From Octopus sinensis (Eukaryota), in assembly GCF_006345805.1 (NCBI RefSeq), contig NC_042999.1, positions 1,674,001-1,738,000 on the forward strand: a stretch of DNA of 64,000 bases, given 5' to 3'. The notes beneath the pieces were generated by a model that saw only the letters and a list, made by a program, of their open reading frames with translations, was not told the DNA's origin and searched no databases. Shown here piece by piece: positions 37,516 to 50,924 of this stretch; position 1 is the first letter of the stretch, and every line of letters begins with the position of its first letter. Both the position numbers and the translations under genes were made by a program.

Positions 37516-37555
<40 letters not shown>

Positions 37556-37589
37556 TTTTCTACTCAGGACACAAGGCTTGGAATTATAT

Positions 37590-37631
<42 letters not shown>

Positions 37632-38370
37632 CAGAATTAAAGCAACATTAGAAAAACTTATTATTATCATTATTATTATTTCTTACATATGCACAAGGCC
37701 TTAGAATTGGTTTAGGAGCATCATTGTATTGTAATGATCCAATATTTCACTGGAATTTAATTCATTCGTCCCAAAAGAACGAAAAGCAAAATTAATTTTG
37801 GCTAGATTTGAACCCAGAATATTAAAGTTTGTAATTAAATACCACCTGTAGCACTTTGTGAAATGCTCTATCAATCCTGCTGATCTGCCTGGTAACCGAA
37901 TTTCTAAAAACATCATACATTCCCTGGTTTTAACTTACGATTTAGTCCCATCTGTTTTATGCTGATTATAATATAATTCTATTGTCTACGGATTGAAGAA
38001 GCAATGTTTTAGTTGTCTCTTCATTAAATATTCTATGACAAGATATAATTCTTCAGTAGATTATCCTTTAAAGCTTTTGTGATCAACAGAATTATTGAAA
38101 TGCTTTGATTCTGTTCCTATTAGTTTAAAATTTAATGAAAAATCTGGCAAAATTACTTTTTCTTTATTAAGCTGCTGTTTGGAACAAATTAAGCTAAAAT
38201 TCTGAAAGAAAGACAACATTTAGATCACTTTAACCCTTTAGTTACCATATTTTTGCTAAGATATACTGATTTTGTTTGTTTTGAAATTAAGGAGGAACTT
38301 TGTAAAACAATTTTGTCACTATTAAGCTGGAATTATAAAGAATTATAAAGAAACTTTAATGAGAAAAATA

Positions 38371-38543
38371 CAGGCGCAGGAGTGGCTGTGTGGTAAGTAG
38401 CTTGCTTACCAACCACATGGTTCTGGATTCAGTACCACTGCATTGCACCTTGGGCAAGTGTCTTCTACTATAACCTCGGGCCGACCAAAGCCTTGTGAGT
38501 GGATTTGGTAGACAGAAACTGTAAGAATCCTGTCATATATATG

Positions 38544-38578
<35 letters not shown>

Positions 38579-38765
38579 TTGTGTGTCTGTGTTTGTCCCC
38601 ACCCAACATCGCTTGACAACCGATGCTGGTGTGTTTACCTCCCCGTAACTTAGCAGTTCGGCAAAAGAGACCGATAGAATAAGTACAAGGCTTACAAAGA
38701 ATAAGTCCTGGGATTGATTTGCTTGACCACAGTCAAATGACTGAAACAAGTAAAGGAGTAAAAGA
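38371..38765 (+). mobile_element. SINE family A, near full length
   Basis: Head, CORE-like ccttgggcaagtgtctt, internal microsatellite, tail. Confidence 0.85.
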
Positions 38766-39127
38766 GAATATTAGTCAATACACAGGCAAGAATTTTTTGT
38801 CTCTTTTTATAAAGGTTTGTGGCTTTAGGATAAATTAGATTAAAATATTGACTTTCCTTAATTCTGCCATTTAATTGTAAGAATAAACAATTGCTTTTGA
38901 CGCCTTTTGTGGATGGTCAGTGTATTTGCAAATAGAAAGTCTGTCTTCAGTGCACAAAAGGTACAGGCATGGTGTGAGGTAAGTAGCTTGTTCTCCAACC
39001 CCAAGGTTCCAGGTTTAGTTCCACTACATGACATCTTAAGCAAATGTCTTCTACCATAACTTTGGTGTAACCTTAGGCCAATCAAGACCTTATGAGTGGA
39101 TTTAGTAAATGGAAACTAAAAGAGGCC

Positions 39128-39176
<49 letters not shown>

Positions 39177-39194
39177 CGTGTGTGTGTGTGTGTA

Positions 39195-39390
39195 TACATC
39201 TGGAAAATCCTAGAAGGCCTTGTACCAAAGTTTGGCATTGAAAGTTACTCAAACTGCAGAACGGGGTGCCACTACACAGTGCCAAAGATCCTAGCATTGC
39301 CATCAAAATACAGGACCAGATACTGCAACAGCTTGGGCTTCAAGGGCCCACAGTTTTTACAGTATCCTTCCAACATGCCTGAGAGACCTG
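39195..39390 (+). pseudogene. CR1-type LINE ORF2 C-terminal fragment between family A pieces (38962-39135 and 39395-39712)
   Basis: IWKILEGLVPKFGIESYSNCRTGCHYTVPKI..KYRTRYCNSLGFKGPQ. Confidence 0.65.
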
Positions 39391-39425
39391 CATAGTAGAC
39401 GGAAACTGAAAGCCCATCGTATATA

Positions 39426-39467
<42 letters not shown>

Positions 39468-39899
39468 TGTGTGTATGTGTGTGTATGTGTGTGTGTGTGG
39501 TGTGTGTTTATGTGTTTGTCCCCCCCAGCATCGTTTGACAACTGATGCTGGTGTGTTTACATCCCCGTAACCTAGCAGTTCAGCAAAAGAAACCGATAGA
39601 ATAAGTACTAGGCTTAGAAAGAATAAGTTCTGGGATCGATTTGCTCAACTAAAGGTGGCGCTCCAGCATGGCCACAGTCAAATGACTGAAACAAGTAAAG
39701 AGAGTAGGTAAGCAGCAGCATGAATAGCACTTGAGCCAAGTAAGTAGTAATTGTTTGTGTTTAGAATAGTTTGTTGAAATTTATCAATTCTGCTGTATTG
39801 ATTAGTTTACTGTGTTGTTTTCAAGCAGTGTCTTAACATTAATTTCACTGACAGTTATTCAAGAATAATGTACATTACAAAATTAGGCATATGTAATGG

Positions 39900-40008
39900 A
39901 AACAGCATTAAATTAAAATCGCAGACTATATATCATAGAAGATATATACACACTGGTGTATATGCATTTCATATGATACACATCTGCAATTTTGATTTAA
40001 TGCTGTTT
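39900..40008. repeat. Imperfect 109-bp palindrome
   Basis: aaacagcattaaattaaaatcgcaga / tctgcaattttgatttaatgctgttt (24 of 26 paired); inner atatacac-actg-gtgtatat. Confidence 0.8.
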
Positions 40009-40455
40009 TAATTGTGTGTACCAGGTTTGTCACAGTTAAGTAAAGCTTCTGCAAAACCAGTGAATATTTCTTTCACACACCATCATCATCATCATTTAAT
40101 GGCTGTTTTTCCTGCTGGCATGGGTTGGAAGTTTTGACAGGAGCTGGAAAATTGGAGGACTGCACCAGGCTCCAGTCATCTGTTTTGGCATATAAATATA
40201 CAATGAACTTCTTTCAGTTTGCGTCTATCAAATCCACTCATGAAGCTTTGGTCTGCCTAAAGTTACAATTAAAGATACTTGCCCAAGGTGCCACACAGTG
40301 AGACTGAACCCACAATCTTGTGGTTGGGAAGCAAGCTTCTTACTACACACACACACATGTGTGTAGTTGAAATTTATAGAAAAACAAAAGACGAAGACAG
40401 GTGTAGGAACAACAAGCAAGTGTATTAGTTTGACGCTTGGGAAAAATGAAAAAGT

Positions 40456-40491
40456 CTTTTACGTTTCGAGCCTACGTTCTTCGACAGAAAG
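40456..40491 (-). ncRNA. Minimal hammerhead variant (A6U, one stem II mismatch) in repeat 40375-40560
   Basis: cttt-CTGTCGA-A-GAAC(gtag)GCTC-GAAAC-GTA-aaag. Confidence 0.5.
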
Positions 40492-40795
40492 GAATAAGAG
40501 AAAATAAACAGAGAGAGAATAACAAAACAAACATGTTGAGTCCAGTGGTCCAAAATTTGAACTATATATTAAACGCTTACGTGGTTACTCCAGTTTGATC
40601 CCGGCTGGACTTCCTACACTCTTGGACTTGCATGTCTTAACCACTTCCAGACCTTTCAGTACTTCTCCTCATCAATATACCAGCACTCCACCTGGTTTAC
40701 CATAGGATTTTAGTACTCTTTTGAACTCTACATTCACAGATCTCACTGGCTATTTTTGTTGATATGTACACATACACATATATTATATATATATA

Positions 40796-40843
<48 letters not shown>

Positions 40844-41729
40844 ATATATGTATTTGGAAGAAAATAGTCAAGATAGAAAATGCTAAAATAATTTTATAAA
40901 ACATTTCAGTACCAGTTTCAGTCATTGAGACTTTTTCAATTGTAAGTATGGAAAACAATTAAATTTGGGAAAAATTAAAAGAAAAGTTTTTTAGAAGAAT
41001 ATTTGCATAGTATTCAAATACAAGGGGCATTTTCCTTGTTTCTGACTGCCTCTGTCTCCCTTTTTACTCTTGTGGGTTCGAGGTTGTTGGATATATATAT
41101 ATACATCTGTAAATATATGTATGTATGTATGTATTAATGTATGTAAGTGTCTTTGTGTTTGTGTTTATCTCCCTTCCCACTTGACAACCGATGTTGGTTT
41201 GTTGACATACCTGCAATTTAGCAGTTCAGCAAAATGGACCTACATGGTAACTACCAGACTTTAAAAGCAAAACACAACAACTGGGGTTGATATGTTTCAC
41301 TAAACCCTTCAAACCAACGAGTAAAACTAATTAGGAGAAAAGATAATTACTAGCATTACATTTGTTTGTTTGTTCCAATTGCTAATTCGGCTATTACTAA
41401 ATCAATATGCAAAATGCCTAATTCAGTGCAGTTATCAATATGAAAATACTAGAATTAATACATTTTTTAAAAACAATAATTTATTAAGTAAGATATAATC
41501 TTTACATTTTAAATGTGGAATTGATTTTTTTCAAAAATAATATAATTCTCATTAAAAGCAAATAAAAATACCAAGTATATATATATATTATAAAATTATA
41601 AAAAATAATTATGTAATTTTTCTGCAAGTGTAACAATTATAGCTGATTTGTCTCTCTCTCTCTCTCTTTCTCTCTGTTTGTATATATTCATGTATATGTA
41701 TCTGCACATGTATATATATATACATATGC

Positions 41730-42405
41730 ATGGCACGTAAAAAGCACCATTTCAATGTGATCGCTACCAGTGTCACCTTACTGGCACATGAACAAAATAT
41801 TTGTGCAAGGTTGTTGCCAGTGCTGCTGGACTAGCCCCTGTGCAGGTGGCATGTAAAAATCACCATTTTAGCATGGCCGTTGCCAGTACCGCCATGCAGG
41901 GCCCTTGTGCTGGTGGAACGTAAAAGCACCCACTACACTCTCAGAGTGGTTGGTGTTAGGAAGGGCGTCCAGCTGTAGAAGCTCTGCCAGATCAGATTGG
42001 AGTCTGATGCAGCCATCTGGTTTGCCAGTCCACAGTCAAATCGTCCAACCCATGCTAGCATGGAAAGAGGACGTTAAATGATGATGATATATAACATTCT
42101 GAGATCAAATTCTGCCAAGGTCAACTTTGCCTTTCATCCCTCCAAAAAATAATTTCAGGCCTAGTACATAGAGTAGAAAAGAATAATTTATGTAATGGCG
42201 AACCGGCAGAAATGTTAGCACGCTGGGCGAAATGCTTAGCAGTATTTCATCTGTCTTTACATTCTGAGTTCATATTCTGCTGAAGTTGACTTTGCATTTC
42301 ATCCTTTCGGGGTCGGTAAACTAAGTACCAGTTGCGTACTGGGGTTGATCTAATCGACTGGCCCCTTCCCACAAAATTTCAGGCCTTGTGCCTAGAGTAG
42401 AAGCG
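41730..42405 (+). mobile_element. Family C (41730-42090) followed by two family B copies (42095-42190 partial, 42195-42405)
   Basis: Family motifs as above. Confidence 0.75.
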
Positions 42406-43270
42406 ACTATATCAACAACTGGATCACTGTTGGTTATGATGATGAGTGTTGCAAATGATCTGATCAACATAACAGTTTAGATGTGAAACAAAAGTGCAAG
42501 AGGCTGAGTACTCTACAGACATGTATACTCTTACCACAGTTCTCAGGGAGACTCAGTATGACACAGACTGTAAGCAGGTCAGACCTTTTGAATTACAGGT
42601 ACAAGACATTTTTGCCAGCTGATGATGCAGCATCATCATGAAACATCATCACCATCTTCATCATCATCGTCATCATCATCATCATCATCATTATCATCAT
42701 CATCATCGTTTTTCCATGCTGGCATGGGTTGGACAGTTTGACAGGAGCTCGTATGGTCAGAAACTGCACCAAATTTCATTATCTGTTTTGGAACAGTTCC
42801 TACAACTGGACGCCTTTCCTAACACTAACCACTTCACAGAGTGTAATGGTTGCAACGCACAACCTTATGATTGCCAGCTGAACAGCCTAAACACTACACC
42901 ACATGCTTTCCCAGTGGCAACAATTAATGTTCAACCACATCCATAATCTTAATCAGCTACGACTATTGACAGAATCTCAACACAGTCTATGACATGAAAT
43001 TAAATTCCTAAATAAATAATTTAATAAACCCAATAAATTAACATTTCTACTCACAGGAAACCTATTCTGGTCATCGTTCTGCTTTACAAAGCTATCGTTA
43101 TACAAGAATTCTAACCATTTACAGGTTTAAGTGATATCAATTCATGGAATCTGGTTACTGGGAGATGACCAGAACACAGATTAAATATCTTGGTTTTGGC
43201 CATTACTTGCCCTAGGGTTGTAATAGGATGTGACACATACAGTTTTATCTCAAAAATCAGATACTATTTT

Positions 43271-43900
43271 AAGGCAGTGAGCTGGCAGAAACATTTGCAT
43301 GCTGGACGAAATGCTTAGTGGTATTTCATCTGCCGTTACGTTCTGAGTTCAAGTTCCACTGAAGTCGATTTTGCCTTTTATCCTTTCGGGGTCGATTAAA
43401 TAAGTACCAGTTACACACTGGAGTGGATGTAATCGACTTAATCCCTTTATCTGTCCTTGTTTGTCCTCTCTGTGTTTAGCCCCTTGTGGGCAGTAAAGAA
43501 ATAGGTATTTCGTATGTCTTTATGTTCAGAGTTCATATTCCACCAAGGTCAACTTTGCCTTTCATCCTTTCAGGGTTGATAAATTAAGTACCAGTTGCGT
43601 ACTAGGGTCGATCTAATTGACTGGCTCTCTCCTCCAAAATTTCTGGCCTTGTACCTAGAGTAGAAAAGATTATTTAAAGGCGGTAAGTTGGCAGAAACAC
43701 TTGCATGCCAGGAGAAAAGCTTAGCTGTATTTCATGTCTTTACATTGTGAGTTCATATTCTACTGAGCTCGACTTTGGCTTTCATCCTTTCGGAGTCAAT
43801 AAATTAAGTACCAGTTGCGTACTGGGGTCAATTTAATTGACAGCCCCCCCCCCGCCACTTCCCCTAAAAATTTCAAGCCTTGTTGCCTAGAGTAACAAAA
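43271..43900 (+). mobile_element. Three head-to-tail family B SINEs
   Basis: About 43271-43500 (tail 1), 43505-43670 (5'-truncated, tail 2), 43677-43900 (tail 2). Confidence 0.8.
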
Positions 43901-44354
43901 TAAATAAAAACAGACACTATTTTATCTCAACATCTTGTACCATATTCTGTTGAGCTTTAATCCTAATAATCCTATAATTGAACCTAAGATTTGACTAAAG
44001 ATTAATTCAGTTTTCCTTACTCGACTATGTCTTAGTGGAATAATATTGAATTTGTTTTACATGATCTCAGTAGTGCTGGTTGCATGCAAAAAAAAAAAAA
44101 AACTGCTGGTCCATGCTGTAAAGTGGTTGCTTCTTAGGAAGGGCTTCCAGCTGTAGAAACCATCACAACATGGAAGCATGGTGCAGCCCTTCAACCCATT
44201 CGATAATGTGCAACCTATGCCAGCATGAAATGTGGATGTTAAATGATGATGATGATGTGGTGGTGGTGGTGGTGATGATGATTATGATGATGGTGATGAC
44301 AAAAACGATGACAGTGGTGTTGATAATGATGACAATGATGAGGATAAGGATGGT

Positions 44355-44385
<31 letters not shown>

Positions 44386-44511
44386 AATAACTGGGTGGTA
44401 GTGATGATGGTGATGATCATGATGGCAATGATGATGATGACAAAAACGATGACGGTGGTGTCGACAATGATGAGGATAAGATGATAATGATTATGATGGT
44501 GATGATGATGG

Positions 44512-44549
<38 letters not shown>

Positions 44550-45475
44550 GTGATGATGATGGTGATGATAACGATAATGGTGGTGGTAGTGATGATGATG
44601 TGGATGGTAATGATGATGATGATGAAAAAGGTGGAAGTGATGATGATGATTGCAACTTTTACACCAGTAGGGATAAAATTTCACGATTCTCTTCAACGCT
44701 CTATTTGTGTGATGACATTTCTAATTCCACGTGAATGATGATTAAATTTCTCTCGTCACAGACATCTTTAGTAAAACACTGTATTTAAAAATGAGAACTC
44801 AAAAATGGATTTTGCAGCAGAACCGTGAATTCTGTGAGTCTTTTCATCCAGAATACTTATCATCTTCTCTTTTCTTTTATCTCTAACGTCTAAAACCTAT
44901 TTCCAGTCTGCTTAAAAGATATTTTGATTTTCCTTATATCAATTATTGCATTCATCTTTATCCCAGTAATAAATTCAAACACTGCTTAGCAGGAAAGTAA
45001 GCTTGTCTTTACACAATAAACGCGTCAAGTTAAACACTAAAGATCTTTGATGCCAAATCCTTTAGATATATACAATGGCTGGAATTACTTGGCCGGTATC
45101 CACGCAACATCCTTTCTGGTTGACATCAAAATAGATCTCGCTGTAATGTGATAACGCATACATCACAACATTGTTGCACGCGACTCGATTGAAACCATTT
45201 TTCTTCAATAACCACCACAGTACGTTTCATTTGCGTGGTTTGTGTACAGGGTGGGTGAGTCAACAAAGGCTTGCGGAAGCTTTCAGCCGGCAGCGGATTC
45301 AATAATAATGACCGAATACGTGTTTCATGTAGAGAGAGAGAGGGAATTGCAATTTAGTAAAAGCTGAGTAAATATCATCAAACAATTAAACGGATCTGCT
45401 GTATACCCAGTATATTTATATTTTATTTGCGGGTAAAACTGTGTGCTAAAATTCTCTAAATTCAACCAGATGCTG

Positions 45476-45539
<64 letters not shown>

Positions 45540-45653
45540 CACCTTATGCATATATACATATCCATATATATATATATACACACACACATATATATATACA
45601 CATATATATATATGCATAGATATATATAATATGCATATATATATATATATAAT

Positions 45654-45697
<44 letters not shown>

Positions 45698-45913
45698 TAT
45701 ATGTATATATATGCATATATATATATATATAAAAATCCAACAAGATGTTGACATATATATATATACACACCTTGTGCATATATACATATCCATATATATA
45801 TATATATATTATATATATATATATATAATATGCATATATATACATATATGCATATCCACGTATATATATAAATTCAACCAGATGTTGATACACACACTTA
45901 TATATATATATAT

Positions 45914-45983
<70 letters not shown>

Positions 45984-47452
45984 CTCATACATATCCACGC
46001 ACAAACACACATATATATATATATGTATAAAATTCAACCAGTTGTTGACATATAAATATATACACCACATACATATATATAAATACACACACATGTGCAC
46101 TCACACTCACACACACACATATGCGCATGTATGTACACGTATAGACATGTTAAACTAAATACTAACGCGTATAAATGATTTCTTTGATGTAGGCCTTGGT
46201 GATTTTTAATTTTATTTTTAAATTTAATTGAATCTGTGTGATTTGTTAGTTACACAACTCACGGATGGATTCAAGGATCAAAAGGCATTAAATACAGAAC
46301 ACGGTCGTGCTTCACTGGCTACGCTATGCTGAACAAACAATTCTGTCTCTGTCCCATACAATTTATGCAAACTTCCTTCATATGGATTCAGATAATCACA
46401 TATAAAACTCTCCCCGTCCCCAAAAACAACACATATTCATGGGACACACATATTCATGTGTGCAAGTGTACATGCACATGCACAACTGTTTATGGGTTTG
46501 TGTGTATGTGCATACATATGCATAAAAATCAATATATATATACATGCATGTGTGCATAAGTATTAGTAGTGGTGGTGATGGTTGTGGTGGTGGTAGCAGC
46601 AGCAGTAGTAGTAGTTACGCCGGCAGTTGGAGGCAGTGGGGTGGCAGTGGTGGTGGTGGTGGTGGTGGTGGAAGCAGAACTAGCAGCAGTAGTAGTAGCG
46701 GTGGCAGTGGTGGCGGTGATGGTGGAGGCAGCAGTGGTGGTAGCAGTGATGGTGGAAGGTGGTAGTGGCAGTGGTGTTGGTGGCAGGGTTGGTTGTGGAG
46801 GTGGTGGATGTGGTGGTGGCGGCAGCAGCAGTAGTAGTAGTGGAAGTGGAGGTGGCAGGGGTGGCAGTGGAAATGATAATGGCAGTGTTGGTTGCTGAGG
46901 TTGTAGTGGTAGTGTTTGTGGTTTTGATGGCTGCAGCAGTAGTGGTGGAGGCAGTGGTAGCTGTAGTTACAGTGGTGATGGCATTGGCAGCTGTGGTGGT
47001 GCTGGTGATAGTGTCACTGGTAGCAGCAACAGCAGCAGCAACAACAATAACAGATGCGTAATAGATATAAGTAAATCATCCAAACACAGATTATTTCTCT
47101 TGTTCCCATTCTACACATGCGTCTACAATATAAGGACCAACCATCGTTGCTGCATCTTGGAATCATTGAGTGCTTCAGCCCTCATCTAATTGACTTAATT
47201 GAGGTTGATCGCACCTCAGCTTGTCACTGAGTGCTGACCACACCCCTGGTGGTGGTGACACTATTAAGGGGTGGTAGCCATGCTGCCAATGGACTCCATA
47301 GTAATATTAGACAAGACAAAGAAAGAGATTGTCTCCTGCTTAGTTAGGAATTTAATATTTTAAGAAAAGAACCCACTTAGATCAGGGCAATCCATCCGAC
47401 CCATGCCGGCAGGGAACTGGAAGTAATATGATATTGGTGATGATGAGTATGA

Positions 47453-47790
47453 AGGCACATGGCTCAGTGGTTAGAGTGTTGAGCTCACAATCATGAGGTA
47501 GTGAGTTCGATTCCCAGACTGGTCTTTGTGTTGTGTTCTTGAGCAAGACACTTTATTTCATGTTGTTCCTGTTCCCTGATCTGTAGAGATGAGTTGTGAT
47601 GTCACTGGTGCCAAGCTGTATCAAACCCTTTGCCTTTCCCTTGGATAACATCAGTGGTGTGAAGAGGGGAGTCTTGTATGCATGGATGACTGCTGGTCTT
47701 CCATAAAAAAAATACCTTTGCTCGGACTTGTGCCTTGGAAGGAAACTTTCTAGATGCAATCCCTTGGTCATTCATGGCCAAAGGGGTGGG
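47453..47790 (+). mobile_element. tRNA-derived SINE family E
   Basis: TGGCTCAGTGGTTAG A-box, GAGTTCGATTCCC B-box, gttgtgttcttgagcaagacacttta central block. Confidence 0.75.
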
Positions 47791-48080
47791 GTCTTTATTT
47801 ATTTATATAGTTAAATAGAATTTATATATATGGATGAATAAGATTCGGGTAAAAGCTTTGTAGAATGCTGTGCAAATCTCATCCTCAGTTATTGGCTACC
47901 TGATGTCATCATACAGTGGAAATGCTCATGCTACACAGAGGTTACACATCTCACCAAAGTACTACAAGTGTAAAAACACGTTGAAACAATTGTTGTTAAA
48001 AAAAAATGTTATTCATTGCGTTTTAAACTCTCACTACTGGAAGACAGAATTAGCCAAACCATTGCTTGCTTGAGTAGTCT

Positions 48081-48119
48081 CTACTGATGATGCCAACAAA
48101 ATAGGCGAAACTTGTATAG
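48081..48119 (+). ncRNA. Possible minimal hammerhead remnant
   Basis: cta-CTGATGA-T-GCC(aacaaaata)GGC-GAAAC-tt-GTA-tag; stems only 3 bp. Confidence 0.45.
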
Positions 48120-48177
48120 TCTTGTGATTCTAGAGATGATCATGGGGCAGTTACTTCCCCTTTTGCTGTATATATAC

Positions 48178-48247
<70 letters not shown>

Positions 48248-48510
48248 ATGGTTTGTTGCCAACTTAATGTGGCAGTCCCAGGAAAGGGAAGAATGCTACT
48301 GTTATTTAGCCCCAAGAGATACCGTTTATAGTTGGCTATGTAACACACGTGTTCTGCATCCTGAAGTTTCCAAACAGGGGAGATAAGCATCTCCACTCAA
48401 CAAAGCCAGTATCCAGAGGCTAGTTTCAGGCTAGTTGCCCTTCAGCAGTCTGGAGCAGCTTGGCTTTTGCTAGCTATCGGTGTTAAATTGCTGTTGAAAA
48501 CTTATTTTGC

Positions 48511-48630
48511 TGAAGACAGGAACAGGTGTGTTGTTGAAGACAGGGACAGGTGTTTTACTGAAGACAGGAAGAGGTGTGTTGTTGAAGACAGGAACAGGTG
48601 TTTTACTGAAGACAGGAAGAGGTGTGTTGC
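48511..48630. repeat. Minisatellite, 5 x 24 bp with alternating ends
   Basis: tgaagacaggaacaggtgt followed by gttgt/tttac alternately. Confidence 0.9.
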
Positions 48631-49309
48631 CAGAGAAGAAGGAAAAGAGAGAGAGAGAGATGCAATCAAGGTATGAGGTAAGAAATAGGATAGAGAAACA
48701 GAAAATGCAGGTAGGTAAATGTGCCAGAGTGAAAGGAGAGTAACAGATGATTAGAGCAGAAGATTAAGTGTATAATGGCTTAATGTTAATCCCGGTGAAA
48801 ACACAGAGGCAGGCAGCACATTGCGTTGTGCTAGAATCTAACGTTATGCAATATCAGTGTTAATATTTCACAAGTGCATCAGTTTAAGTAATTGCTTTCT
48901 CTCCTTAATTAATGGCCATGTTAATGTGATTATACCAACCTGATAATAAGTATTACAGTGTTGGCTCTCATTCTAATATAGATTCACTTGTTAATTACTA
49001 AGTGGTGTTATGCTAATTATAACCTATTTAATGATGGTACTCTGGTGGTGTGTGTGAAAAAGAAAGCCCTTGTATGAACACCTTGTGCCGGAACATGCTA
49101 ATTATTATCTCCCTTGTATTGTTGTGTTGAGTGTTTGGCTGTTGGAGGATTAAACACAGAAACACTTGTATTAGGGTTGGTGCTGTTGGTGTTGTTGTTG
49201 TTTAGCCCCAGGCCAGCCCGGATTGAGCAAAATCATGATCAAAGGTGTTCATCTCATGACTATAGCGTCCTTTCTTTGGGGTGGAAAAGGGACAGTGCCT
49301 TTGTCATCA

Positions 49310-49965
49310 TCATCATTTAACGCCCACTCTCCGTGCTGGCATGGGTTGGACAGTTTGACTGAGGACTGGCAAGGTTTTTACAGCTGGGTGCACTTCGTAG
49401 TGCCAACCACTCCGAGAGTGTAATGGGTGCTTTTACATGTTACCGGCATGCACCCAGTCAGGCAACACTGCCAGCAGCCATACTCGAATGGTGCTTTTTA
49501 TGTGCCACCAGCACGGCTGCCAGTCAGGCAGCATTGGTATTGGTCATGCTTGAATGGTGCTTTTTATGTGCAACTGGTACAGGTGCCAGTCAAGTGGCAC
49601 TGGCAGTAACCACGCTCAAATGGTACTTTTTATGTGCCACTGGCATGGGTGCCAGTCAGACAGCACTGGCATCAGCTGTGCTTGAATGGTGCTTTTTACA
49701 AGCCACTGGCATGGGTGCCACTCAGGTGGCACTGGCATCAGCCATAACAACGATTCTACGTGGTTCAACAGGTTTTTACAAGCACAGTATATTGCCAGCT
49801 GATTGAAGGACACTTTTAAACCGACCAGTTCTGCAATACTGACATCAGCCATGGGTATTATCTCACTTGACTTGCTGGGTCTTCTCAAGCACAGCATATG
49901 CCCAAAGGTCTCGGCTGCTTGTCATTGCCTCTGTGAGGCCCAACGTGTGAAGGTTATGCTTCACT
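49310..49965 (-). mobile_element. Family C, long form with about six units and extra 5' region
   Basis: Repeated atggtgctttttatgtgccac units; the 5' region also occurs inverted at 8570-8680. Confidence 0.75.
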
Positions 49966-50515
49966 ACTTTGCCTTTCATCCTTTCAGGGGTTGATAAAAT
50001 AAGTACCAGCTATGCACTGGGGTTAACAAAATTGGACTTAACCCTCTTCCAAACTTGCTGGTCTTATACTGGTTTCAAGTTTCTGTGTGGCAAGAAGTTT
50101 GCTTACCAACCACATGGTTCCGAGTTCATCCCACTGGCTGGCAGCTTGGACAACTATCTTCTACAATAGCCTTAGGCTCTACCATACAAAATTTTGAAAC
50201 CAATTTAACATAAAAAAAGCAACACTGACACACAGAAGGGTAAACCTGCAATTAGAGTGAAGACTTAACCTTTTACTCTTTTATTTGTTTCATTGATTTG
50301 ATTGTGCTGGAGCACTGCATTTAGTCAAACAAATTGACCCCCAGCACTCATTCTTTGTAAGCCTAGTGCTTATTCTATCGGTCTCTTTTGCTGAACTACA
50401 TAGTTATGGAGATGTAAACATACCAGGATTGGTTGTAAAGTGATGGCGGGGGGGGGGGGACAAACACAGACACCAAACATACACATAACACACACACACA
50501 CACACACACATATAA

Positions 50516-50548
<33 letters not shown>

Positions 50549-50924
50549 CAAGCTGTGGACCTGGTGTTGCTCGTGTTTTCTGTGTTGAAATTAAGCCCAC
50601 CTCTGATCTTGTATTGAAATAAGCATTTCCTTAGAGACTATTCTATCGATTTTTTTGAAATTTTACACGTGAAAAAAGGCAAAATTTGCAGGAAAAATAA
50701 CATCATTATGGGAATTTCCATTCAAACGCCTGATTGAGCTCACAAAAATCGATGCCAACTGAACATTATAAAGTTTACAAAAATTCCAGCCTTATTTGAA
50801 CTGCAGGGCATGTGGTCTACCTATGTGCCAAAAATCATTACAAACGGTTGGACAGTGTGGGAAGAGTTAGAGTAACCCCAAACATACACACAGACAGACA
50901 CCATTACACATTTATGTATATAGA
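50549..50924 (-). mobile_element. Non-autonomous Helitron-like element
   Basis: Minus strand starts TCTATATACATAAA and ends cacgagcaacaccagg..gcttg|T, like the 3' end at 7900-7926. Confidence 0.5.

Noticed and set aside
40905-40942. AGTC/GACT-GAAACT-GGTA half hammerhead on the minus strand
   Set aside because: The CUGANGA strand is absent (TTGAAAA); a remnant at best.
42619-42655. CTGATGA...GAAAC on the plus strand
   Set aside because: Lies in a (CAT/GAT) microsatellite; no stem II.
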